From Pavona decussata (Eukaryota), in contig CDRNST010000122.1 of assembly GCA_977016875.1 (NCBI GenBank), forward strand, positions 1,736,001 to 1,800,000: a stretch of DNA of 64,000 nucleotides. Reading direction: 5' to 3'. A model generated the notes under the pieces. That model was not told the DNA's origin, made no database searches, and worked only from the letters and a program-made list of their open reading frames with translations. The translations under genes and the position numbers were made by a program. Below are positions 11,701 to 23,100 of this stretch, one piece after another. How positions within the stretch are numbered: position 1 is the first letter of the stretch; every line of letters starts with the position of its first letter.

Positions 11701-14700
11701 GGGATATCACCCTTGGGAAGTCCTAGGGGATCCGTGGGATCTTTAAGGAGGTGGGAGTCTCAAGATAAAGCCGCGAAACACAGGAAGGAAGATTTATCCA
11801 GGCGGAAAAGTATTCGTAAAAAGATTTCTAAGCTGACGTTGGATCCTTTGTTCGACATGTCTATTACATTCTGCATTCTTTTAAACACTGTGTTTTTATC
11901 CTTGGAATACCACGGCATGAACGATGATTTTAGAATGGCCTTGGATATTGGAAATATGGTATGTATGGTGCAATAAAACACAGCAGCAACCGCTGCAGCA
12001 GTAGTCAGTAGCAGAAGCAGCAGCAGTAGCAGTAGTCAGTAGCAGCAGTGGTAGTAGTAGAAGCAGCAGCAGTAGCAGTAGTCAATAGCAGCAGTGGTAG
12101 TAGTAGAAGCAGCAGCAGCAGCAGTAGTCAGTAGCAGCAGTGGTAGTAATAGAAGCAGCAGCAGTAGCAGTAGTCAGTAGCAGCAGTGGTAGTAGTAGAA
12201 GCAGCAGCAGTAGCAGTAGTCAGTAGCAGCAGTGGTAGTAGTAGAAGCAGCAGCAGCAGTAGTCAGTAGCAGCAGTGGTAGTAGTAGTAGCAGCAGCAGC
12301 AGCAGCAGTAGTCAGTAGCAGCAGTGGTAGTAGTAGTAGCAGCAGTGGTAGTAGTAGTAGCAGCAGCAGTAGTAGTAGTCAGTAGCAGCAGTGGTAGTAG
12401 TAGAAGCAGCAGCAGTAGTCAGTAGCAGCAGTGGTAGTAGTAGTAGCAGCAGCAGTAGCAGCAGTCAGTAGCAGCAGTGGTAGTAGTAGAAGCAGCAGCA
12501 GTAGCAGTAGTCAATAGCAGAAGCGACAGCACTAGTAGCAGTAGTCAGTAGCAACAGCAGCAGTAGAAGCAGTAATAGTAGCAGCAGCAGCAGCAGCAGC
12601 AACAGCTGTAGCAGTAGTCAGTAGCAGAAGCAGCAGCACTAGTAGCAGTAGTCAGTAGCACCAGTAGTCAATAGCAACAACAGCAGCAGTCAATCCATAC
12701 GTCAAAAAATCATCGTCCTCTACATCAAAATCTAAAACCTCATGTCATATAAAAATGACTCTGTTCCTGTAGTAACGTGGTTTTTTTTATTATTACCATT
12801 TCAACAAGGCTTTTTCTTTACACATCTTTCAAAAAGTCTATCGTGAAATATTAGGTAAAGACCCTGTTATTGGAAAACACACAACCAGCTGTCATAAATA
12901 AACAAAATATTTTCCTCCTGGCAGGTTTTTACTTTCGTCTTTTTAATGGAGATGGTGTTGAAGCTGATCGCGTCTGGTCCTCGTGGATACCTGAAAAGTC
13001 GGTGGAACATCTTTGACGGCTTCATTGTACTTATAAGCATTGTGGATCTTATTCTGCTACTCGCAAAGATTGGGAATGGCGCTGGGCTTAGTGTTCTGAG
13101 GACATTTAGACTGGTAAGTCCACAAACATCCCAGTGAGAAATGATAGAAAGACTATACTGAGAGTTAACTAAAAGATTCTGCTGCCTCAGTTTCCTCACA
13201 GACTTGTCACTACTTTCGTTAGACTGAAGTGACAATATACACTTAATGTATGGTCCCGAGACGAAGTCGAGGGAAACACCAGGACTCGAGGGAAAACAAA
13301 ACGAACTAGTTTTCCGAGGGACCATACATTAACTTTGTTTTATATTTAGACTTTCCCTTCAACAATCACAGCAAGACAAACAAACAAACAACTGAGAGGG
13401 CAACAACTGCGGAATTGTATCCCGGTCGGGATACATTTGTATTTGATCAGGGGCACGTGACCAAGAATCAACCAATCACAGTGCTCGTTTTGTTGAGTGA
13501 AAGTCTAGGTATATAACAAGGCATATTGTTACCGTCATCCTCCACTCCGGCCCTGGATGCACCATAATTTCTTCGCCGGTACACACAATACTACCGCATT
13601 GAGTAAAGCTTTTAGTCCCTGCATGAGACTTATGCAACATTAGGGGTGCGACCAGGCCATTCATACTCTTTAAACCGATAGATTACGTGTTCTGTGCTGG
13701 ATATCCGCTATGGTAAATTTTGACGTCACTTCTGTTACAGCTGCGAGTGTTCAAACTGGCGCAATCATGGCAGACTATGAACATGTTACTCAGGACCATT
13801 GCGAGCAGTTTAGGTCAGCTTGGTAACCTCACTTTGGTACTGGGGATTATTGTTTATATCTTGGCAGTTGTCGGAATGCAGCTTTTTGGAAGGTAATTCA
13901 ATTCAATTTTTTTTCAATTCAATTTATTAAAGCACATTTTTCACGAAGGTAAGGTAAGAATGCACTAGCCCGCAAATAGCATAGGCTAATCTAGGCGGGT
14001 AGTGCAGTTGATTAGTATATATTTACAGAATATAATTTAAAGATATACCAATAATTAATGTGTAATAAGTTAAGTAAAAAATAATGACTGTCTAAATTAA
14101 AATTAAGAAAGTTTCATATTAGCTAATCATACCACTGATATTTGAAGTTTTTAATCAGTGTTGACGTCAACATAAATATCCTCTTGATCAAGAAGTTTTA
14201 GTAGTCTGGTCTGAAGGCATTTCTTAAAGGAGGCTTTAGTTTTTGCACGGAAAGATTCCGGTAATTCATTCCAGATTTTACAACCTAATCTCGAAAATGA
14301 GTGGCTCAGTTGTGTCAGCTTTGAGCATTTTATATGAAATTTGCCCGTGGATGCAGACCTGGTTCTATACGAGTGCACAGAATCTACTCGATCAAAAAGA
14401 TTTATTAGGTTCAGGGGAGCACTTTGGCTATTTGAAACCATGGGAGCTGATGGAATAATAACGACATAGACATTGCTCATCGTGTTCCATCACGAAGAAG
14501 ATCGAACGAAGGGGCATCGAATGGTAACAGGCCAGACCCAGTTATCTGCAAATTTACCCGCCGCCTTGCAAGAGATAAGGTCTTAAGCAAAAGACAAGAA
14601 GTTAGAAAGGTGAAGTATTCAGACCTTGGTCTTACTTCCGATGACACAGTCAATTATCTTGCCGTCTACGAGCATCTAACTCCAAGATTACAGAATCTAC

Positions 14701-17700
14701 TTTTTGAGGCCAAGAAATTCCAAACCAGTCATCGCTACCAATTTTGCTGGGCGAAAGGTTCTACAATCCTACTAAGGCAATCCTTCGACTCCCGTGTCAT
14801 TAAACTAAAATCCATGAGCGACCTGGAAGTTCTCACCAGCCGACATCAGAGATAAGTTTGTTACCACAACTCTTAATCTTATTCTAAGCCTCATGACTGT
14901 AATAACAAACATTCAAACTTCTCGCCAACGCAGAAATGATCTTAAAGAACTACCATATTATAATGTAACTTCATGTCTACTTACCGTCCATGGTCAATTT
15001 AATAATAGTTTGGCTAACGATTTACCCACAAAACAACTTCTAGACAAACTACCTAGTCTTTACGATTTAGATCTCTTTAACCTAAACATCAATGAAGACA
15101 TAAATCCTGATGAGAATTTTGCATACAAACAATTTCGATCTAATTATTACTCCCCGTACAAATTTTCCGAGATAAAGAGGTCCGTATCGGACTCGTCTTT
15201 ATCCTTTATACATCAGAACATTAGGAGTCTAAAAAGAAATATTGAAAATTTCCAGGATCATTTACTTCATGAATTAAACTTTAATTTTAGCGTAATAGGC
15301 CTCTCAGAAACACGGATTACCAATGCTGATGCTAATTTTCTCACCTTTAATCCTGATATACCAGGTTATTGTTTTGAATATGTCCCAACACCTCTCTCTG
15401 CCGGAGGTGTTGGTATGTACATAAAGGAAGGAATTAGCTATAAGGTAATTGAAAAAACTTCGAATGTCTCTTTTCAAGGACTGTGGATAGAACTTCAATT
15501 TCCCAAAAAGACAAATGTCATCTGCGCTATTTTGTATAGGCAGCATAACTCTCCTGAGGATTTTCAAAACTACCTTGACTCGTGTCTAGAGAAATATAGC
15601 TCCTCCTACAAACCTATTTACATTCTCGGCGACTTCAACATAAATCTCCTCAATTTCGAAACTTGTAGATACGCCAACGACTTCCTACTTTTACTCCAAA
15701 GTTATGCTCTAACCCCAGTTATCGATAAACCAACCAGGGTCTATAGCAGCTCTGCCACACTAATCGATAATATCCTTGCCAGTCAAGTTGATGATCTCGA
15801 TTTCGTCTTAAGTGGTAATGTTGTGTCAGACATCAGTTATCATTTTTCCCAGTTCTGCCTCTTGCCTGCTTATAAACTGCAATTTTCACTTACAGCCATC
15901 TGTCGTGAATATCGCGATTTTTCTTCCTTTTCTGACGATTCTTTCCTAAATGACCTGGAGCAAATTGATTGGGACAGTATAGGCCACTCGAATCGCGATA
16001 TAAACAAATCATTCTCCACTTTTTTCCACAAAACTCTCAGGGTGTTAAATAAACACGCTCCTACGAAAATTACCTCAAGGCGTAAAGCCAAACAGCAACT
16101 GAAACCTTGGATCACAAAAGGCATCAGGAGATCTATAAGTCTAAAAAACCAATTCTATCATTCGGGAGAAAACCAAAAAGATTAAGTAAAAAGCTTTATT
16201 TTCATAACTTTTTCTCGCGAAACTTACACAACACGAAGAAAACATGGAAAGGGATAAATGATTTAATTGGCCGCAGGAAGAAACCGAAACAGACAATTAC
16301 CTCAATAAGAGCACCGAACAACAAGAGAGTGATTTCTGACGCACAGGGTATATCGAATGTGCTTAACAAACACTTTGCTACCGTGGGCCATAAACTGGCC
16401 TCGGGGACGCCACATTCAAAACTTAATTTTCGTACATACCTCCAGGGGCTGTCGCCCGCAAATTCAAACTCTTTCTTCTTCGATCCAATTATACCTGCAG
16501 AAGTTAGTAATGAGATCGTTTCCTTATCATACAATAAAGCTCACGGATTATACTCATTCCCAGTTCGAATATTGAAATGCGCTAGCCACATATTATCAAG
16601 CCCATTGGCAAGGATTATGAATTTATCGGTTGAAACAGGAACTTTTCCCAATAAACTAAAATATGCAAAAGTAATCCCCGTTTATAAAACCGGCGACAAA
16701 CTTGAATGTGGAAATTATCGCCCTATTTCACTTCTATCTAATATTAATAAAGTGTTCGAGAAACTAATGTTCAACAGAATTAAAAAATTTATTGCAAATC
16801 ACAATATATTATCCACATCACAATACGGCTTCACATGGGAATTTGTTTCCACTATCTTTAATACTCTCCAAGAAGACTCAAGTGTGCACCATAGGAAACC
16901 AAAGCTCATTAGCTTGGTTTGTTCAGGTTACACCGTCCGTTTCATCCACAGGCTGAAAAGATAGAATCACATAAAACTTGTACAGCATAACAAACAGCAA
17001 CACATGAAAGTACAAGTTAATAGCTGTAATCTTAATGGCCACAGGTGAGTTCATCCACAGCCTAAAACGATAGAAACCACCTCGTATAGATAACAAACAG
17101 TACTCCAGACAAGTAGGGACCAGAGCCTTTCGTTCGAAATTAAGGTTAAGCTAATCGACGATTTCCTTCTGAGAGACTAAAGTTTGATAAATTTCTTACC
17201 AAAATTAAGTCTAGGGCGGAAATGGGAAATTACAGTGCACCAGTTGTACATATTTTCTACTGACGTACTGAACACACCACCAAATAACCGCAAATTCTTG
17301 TTCTTGTTATTTTACGTTCCAGTTCCTACACAAAAGAAAAATTTGATGGTGAGATACCTCGGTGGAACTTCGTTGACTTCGGCCAGGCTTGCATGATGAT
17401 ATTTCGAATTTTGTGTGGTGAATGGATTGAACCGCTGTACGACACCATGCGGGCGACCAGCCCTGTGTCTTTCCTGTTTTTCCTCACAGCTTTAGTCATT
17501 GGAAACTTTTTGGTGAGTTATCTGACCAATTCTGTAGTAGCCAACACAGAAGAGCTTCTCTTTATTGCTATGTACCCTTCCATTATCTAATATAACCGTT
17601 TTGCCCACACCAGGTTTTAAATCTGTTTCTTGCTCTGCTGTTGAACGCTTTCGCTCGGGAGTCTCTGCAAGAAGAAGCAGAGAAAAGAGGGGAGGCCAGG

Positions 17701-20093
17701 CCGAGCAAGTTTTATCAGGGAGTCCAGAGACTCAGTAAGGTTCTGCGCATTGGTCACATGTTTCCACGCCGGGCTCAAGTGAATCCGTCAACTGTACCCC
17801 AGATATCCGCGGATGATGGATCACTCAAATGCTCAGACAGCAAAGGTACTACTACTCTTCTAGGAAACTTGCTTTTCGTCTCGTAAATTTTAAGCTCGGT
17901 CACAAAAGGGGAAACATATACTATTCAACAAATTCACGAGAGTAGTGAAAGAGGTTGGTTTAGACAGTAGCCAATAAGAGAACTAGAATTCACAAATGTG
18001 ACCAAAGTGGACCACTCACAGAGCCGTATTTTTGGATCCCATTCTGATGACGTTTTAAAATGATTGACAAGTGAGGAGCCAATCACAAGTCAAACACAAG
18101 TTTCTTTTCGTAAAAATTTCTATGTAGGGTGGGCAGGGGTAGCCGTGGAGGCAGTCGCAATTCAAATTGTAATTGTAGTTGCAGCAAACCGCAACTGCAA
18201 ACAGACTCACATCCCAGTGTAGACGAGATTCAATCGCTAGCAAGGTTGCCCCGCCCAGGAGTCGTGCCATAACATATGAACACTGAACCCTTGCGGAATT
18301 AAAAGTAAATAAAGAAAAGATCCTGCAGAACGAAGAGTTGTGTCACCGCGACTACCTTCAAAGACTTTGCAATAATAGTCTTTGCTGGGCAAATCGCTAG
18401 ATTTATTTATCAAGCACATGTTGATACCTTCTCAGGCTGGAAAGAAAACCATATATTGGCAAGCGGTGTTGTGCAATATAAAAAAAATATTTGAAAAACA
18501 TGTGCAATTTGTGATTGGCTCCTCACCTGTCAATCAGTTTAAAACTTCAGTAGAATAGAATGCAAAAATACGGTTCTACTTTGGTCCACTTTCCACGTGT
18601 GTGAAATCCGGTTCTCTGATTGGCTACTTTCTAAACCGACTCCCTTTACTACTCACGACAAGCTAGGAACAAGATTCATTTAAGATGCATCACTGTAAAC
18701 GTAACTGAGTTGACTTTTCATTTCTACAAAATTCGGTGTCTTGGTGCTATAATTGGATTTATATTTGGCCTGTTTTTCTTCTTGCCGTGATTAGATACTC
18801 TTACTGGTTCTGCGGCCTTGTTGAATGCGGTGACAGCTTTTCAGAAGAAAGGAAAACTAAACAGAGACAGTATGAAAAGAGTAAGTATGCGCATGTCTTC
18901 AGCCTTATCAGCTGGAGTGAAAAAATCTCGTTTCAGAATCAAGCGTTTCCCTGAGGTTGCGCGGCATCCGGGAACGAGATTGCTGTATTTACTTGAATTT
19001 ATTACAAAAAGTTTGATATCAGGTTCCTTGCGTCTGAAGAGTGAACTGACAAAACCGACAGTGACCCCAATGCCTTTTTCTCAGGATTTTTAACATCCGC
19101 GAAATATGCGCAAAAGTGGTCATTGCATTTTTCACGAGATCCTACATCACGCGAAAAAAGGGCCCTCCCCAAGCCCACTTTCGTCTCCCTCCCTCGGTCC
19201 CATCTCCGAAAAAAGCGTGTACTATTCCTTGAAGTGAAATTATCGAGCCATCTTTTCAAAGCACTTGTCAATTCAAGCCCCAGAAAAACAGAGCAACACA
19301 TAATTTTACTCAGGCTGGGTGAGCGACCCAAAAGACGACCATATGCATATTCGATTCTTTTCTGCAAACTGAATCACATATTACGTTACTGAAATACGAC
19401 ATATGATTTTTCGCTGATACTAGCTACTTATTTGTTTTATTGTCAATCTATTTAGCTTTCCATTGCTATTGAAGCGGCAAATAAAGATTCCGCTACATCT
19501 AGCACCGTGCTGAACTTGGCTCGCTCGCCTGCAACATTCGCGGGCTCAGGTGCCGGTGTACACGAGAACAACTCGGGAAAGCCCGCGGGTGACCCGGCAA
19601 TGACCGAGGTTCAAGAGTGCTGTCCTTGCTGGATGAAATTCTGCACATGTAACTGCATTTCTATGTGGAAGGAGTCCAGTGGTTATCGAGCATGGCGGAG
19701 CATGCGTCATAAGATCAAGAAGCTGGTTGAGCACCGTTATTTTGAGTGGGTGATTCTAGTGATCATCATCGCTAGCAGCGTCACGCTGGTAAGAGACCAC
19801 TAGCAGCTGTGGTGTTTATTAGAAGATTGTTCCTCTTTTCTTTCAGTTCCATTGGATATCTTTCATTATTAAAAACTGCATCATTGTATAATGCAATTCG
19901 AGGGATTTGATTGGCTTAGCGGCCATGGTATATGAGCAATTATACCATGGCCGAGAAATGGCGACCATTAAATTGCCTTCTGGTCGTTCTTGCACAGCGA
20001 AATCAGTAAGATCTAGCAATATTTCTCGGTTGTTTTTAATAAAACAATTATTCCACTTGCGCTTGTTGGATATGAGATGATTATGAGATGATT

Positions 20094-20151
<58 letters not shown>

Positions 20152-23100
20152 GCTCGTGGAATAATTGTTAATTATCAAGCATACCCTTCATTCTGGTCAG
20201 CGCACTCTATTGCAAATTTGTAACTTATTAATGAAAAACCATCTTCACCCCTTTCCCCCGCCACACACACACTTATGCATGGGATATCATGGCTTGTAGC
20301 CAACAACAACGTTGTTTCTATTCTTGTCACTACAACCGTTTACATAAATGTACTTCTAGGGTCTCCGGACTGGGGACAATTAATACAAACCCTGGGCCCG
20401 GTTCCTAGGGACTGAGAAGGGATGAGGTCAAATATACCACTGACTGCTGCCTTGATTGGCTTTGGTGGCCAGTGCAACCTTTGACAGAAATGATAAACTG
20501 GATTGTTGTGCAAATTCAATCTCAGAACTCGCTATGTAGTTCAATTCCATTCTTTTTGCCTTAACATTCTTTTGTGTGACCGTGAAATTCACAAAGTGAC
20601 GAACTTTTGTCGTCGTTTCCAGGTTTTTGAAGATGTCCACCTTGACAGCAAGCCTACACTAAAGAAAGTGCTAGATTATCTAAACATTGTGTTTGCCGTT
20701 GTCTTTACTTTGGAGTTTCTCCTTAAAACACTCGGTTTGGGTTTCTTGACCTACTTCAAGAACGCTTGGAATTGCTTGGACGTGGTTATTGTTGCTGTAA
20801 GTATAAAGTTGTTTGAAAAATAAAGAGGAACAGAGAGGACGAAAGAGAGGGAGTGTGTGTGTGTCTTTCAGTTGTAGCGTGTTGATTTTACACATCTCCT
20901 TTTGTTCTGTTTCAACTTTAACTCGTAAACGTTTCATTTATCTTTCACTGTTTTGTTTTTTCATTTTTTTAGTTCTTGTTTGTAATAAACGCATTTATAA
21001 ACTAAGTATTTAATTAAAAGTAACAGCTGCCATTTGTTGACATTTTTCATTTTCAGATATCCATACTTACAGCGGTTGAGTCTGTGGACGAATTAAACTC
21101 TGTAAGAATCCTAAACTAATAATCATAGACACAATCCTTTAAAAACGTTCATTTTGTTTTCTTTACTCTAAGGACTGAACAAGTTAAATCACAGCTAGAC
21201 TAACTACAGATAAACGAATAAATATGTAGTTTAGCTTTTAAAAATCAAAACTGCCTGCTCAAGAGCTAATTTTTCCCTTCATAACGAATACATTAAAAGC
21301 AATTCAGGTAATGAATGAAATTTAAAAAATACTCGCCCAAGGATTACAGTCGTTTTGAGGTACACATCACCAAAATATAACAACAATTATCAGCGATGGT
21401 TTGGGTGGTTGTTCAAACATGCTTAAAAAGTTCTCTCGAAAGTTTCGTTTAACATTACAAAATGAACGTAGCTTCATGTTCAATAGCTTTATTTAAGCAT
21501 TGTAAACTTTCTTGTGCTCTTTGTTAACGGCGGTGTTCGAGTAAAAGCTTTTGAATATAAAACAGAACCTAATTGCCCATTTCTCCCTCACAGTTTGAAC
21601 CGGAAAATAGAATTAAAAAAACAAACAAACAAACAAAACAAAAGGCCGAGTGCTTTTACGTCCCCTGATTAACCGAGTTTGATAATAAAAAAAATAACAA
21701 TATTAACATAAATTAAGGCTAGCACCAAACAAGTGACAAGATGAAAACATTTTTTAACAATATGACGCAGTAATTTCCTGAAGAATTTTTGTTGCGTTTT
21801 CAAAACATAATGAACAAGGGCAAACACTTATGATTGATCAGAATCATAACAATCGTTTAATAACTGCCATTTTTATTGCAGATTTCCTTGGCTTCTGTTA
21901 GCAATCAAACCTCAGACGACAGTGACAATAGTTTGAACTCGTTTCGTTCCCTTCGTACATTGCGAGCTCTCAGACCACTCAGAGCGATTTCACGCTGGGA
22001 GGGTATGAAGGTAAATGAACTTTCATTTATGGTAACAACAATAACAGCAACAATTTACTTAGCGCCCTTACCATCCATCCTTAACACCAGGGCACACAAA
22101 TCAGTACTGAAGATTTGAATTTTTTCCTCTAGCCAGCAACACACTTGGCGATTTTATACGCCAATCGCCGCGATTGGCGAAAATCGCCAGGTGTGCCCGG
22201 TGCAGCGATTGCGATTTTCGCCGATCGCCGCGATCGGCGTATAAAATCGCCGATATCTGGCATGTCAGATATCGGCGATTAAATTCGCCGGCATTCGCCA
22301 AGTGTGCCCGTTCCCGCGATTTTCTATAGTCATTGCTGCGTATCGCCAGTAAAGCCAACCCATAAGGATGGGCGATTTTATCACATGAGTTTTCAAAACT
22401 GCCACATCGCCGCGATCAGCGAAAAAAATCGCCAAGTGTCCGCATCAATCGGCGGCGAAAATCGCTTGCGATTTTCGCTGGCGATCAAATTCGCCGCGAT
22501 CGGCGTATAAAATCGCCAGGTGTATCGCCGGCTTTAAGAGACGCCCAACTTGCACTTTCTATAAAAATACTGGAGTAGGACGAAACATCGAAAGAAGCGA
22601 CCCTGAAAATTGTTCAAGCGCGCATTGAAACTGGTCTTATTGTTCTTCATTGTACGAGTGATTGAACTTTTAATGCCCGAGCCATGTCGCCAGGCAAAAA
22701 CGTTTACTACGGAGAATCTGTTGAAAATGTAAATCTTCTCCGCGAAAATAGTTTGAGGAGCAGTAACAGGTCACCTTTTTACTGTGTCAACTTGTCGACG
22801 ATCCCAGGATAAGGTGCGCAATGTGATCTCTGTTTTCCCATTGTGTACTGGCAGAAGACACTTTGATCTCTCTATCCGAGTGTAAATGAGCTTTAAAGTA
22901 AGAAAAGAAACAGATTGGGTAGTTGGAGTAACCTTACGATTTACTAGCACCCCATTTACGGGAGGGATGTTAGTATCCTCGTGCTAAGAGACAACCGGAG
23001 TTCATCGCTGAACCGACTCCTGAAGTTGGCCAGTTGGCTACAAAAGTGGCTTTCAACTGCGTGTCGCAAGACGAATATTACAGTTATCACCCTAACCAAT

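Noticed and set aside
12867-13325. 152-aa minus-strand ORF and other antisense ORFs over Nav2 exons
   Set aside because: Antisense shadows of real exons plus repeat sequence.
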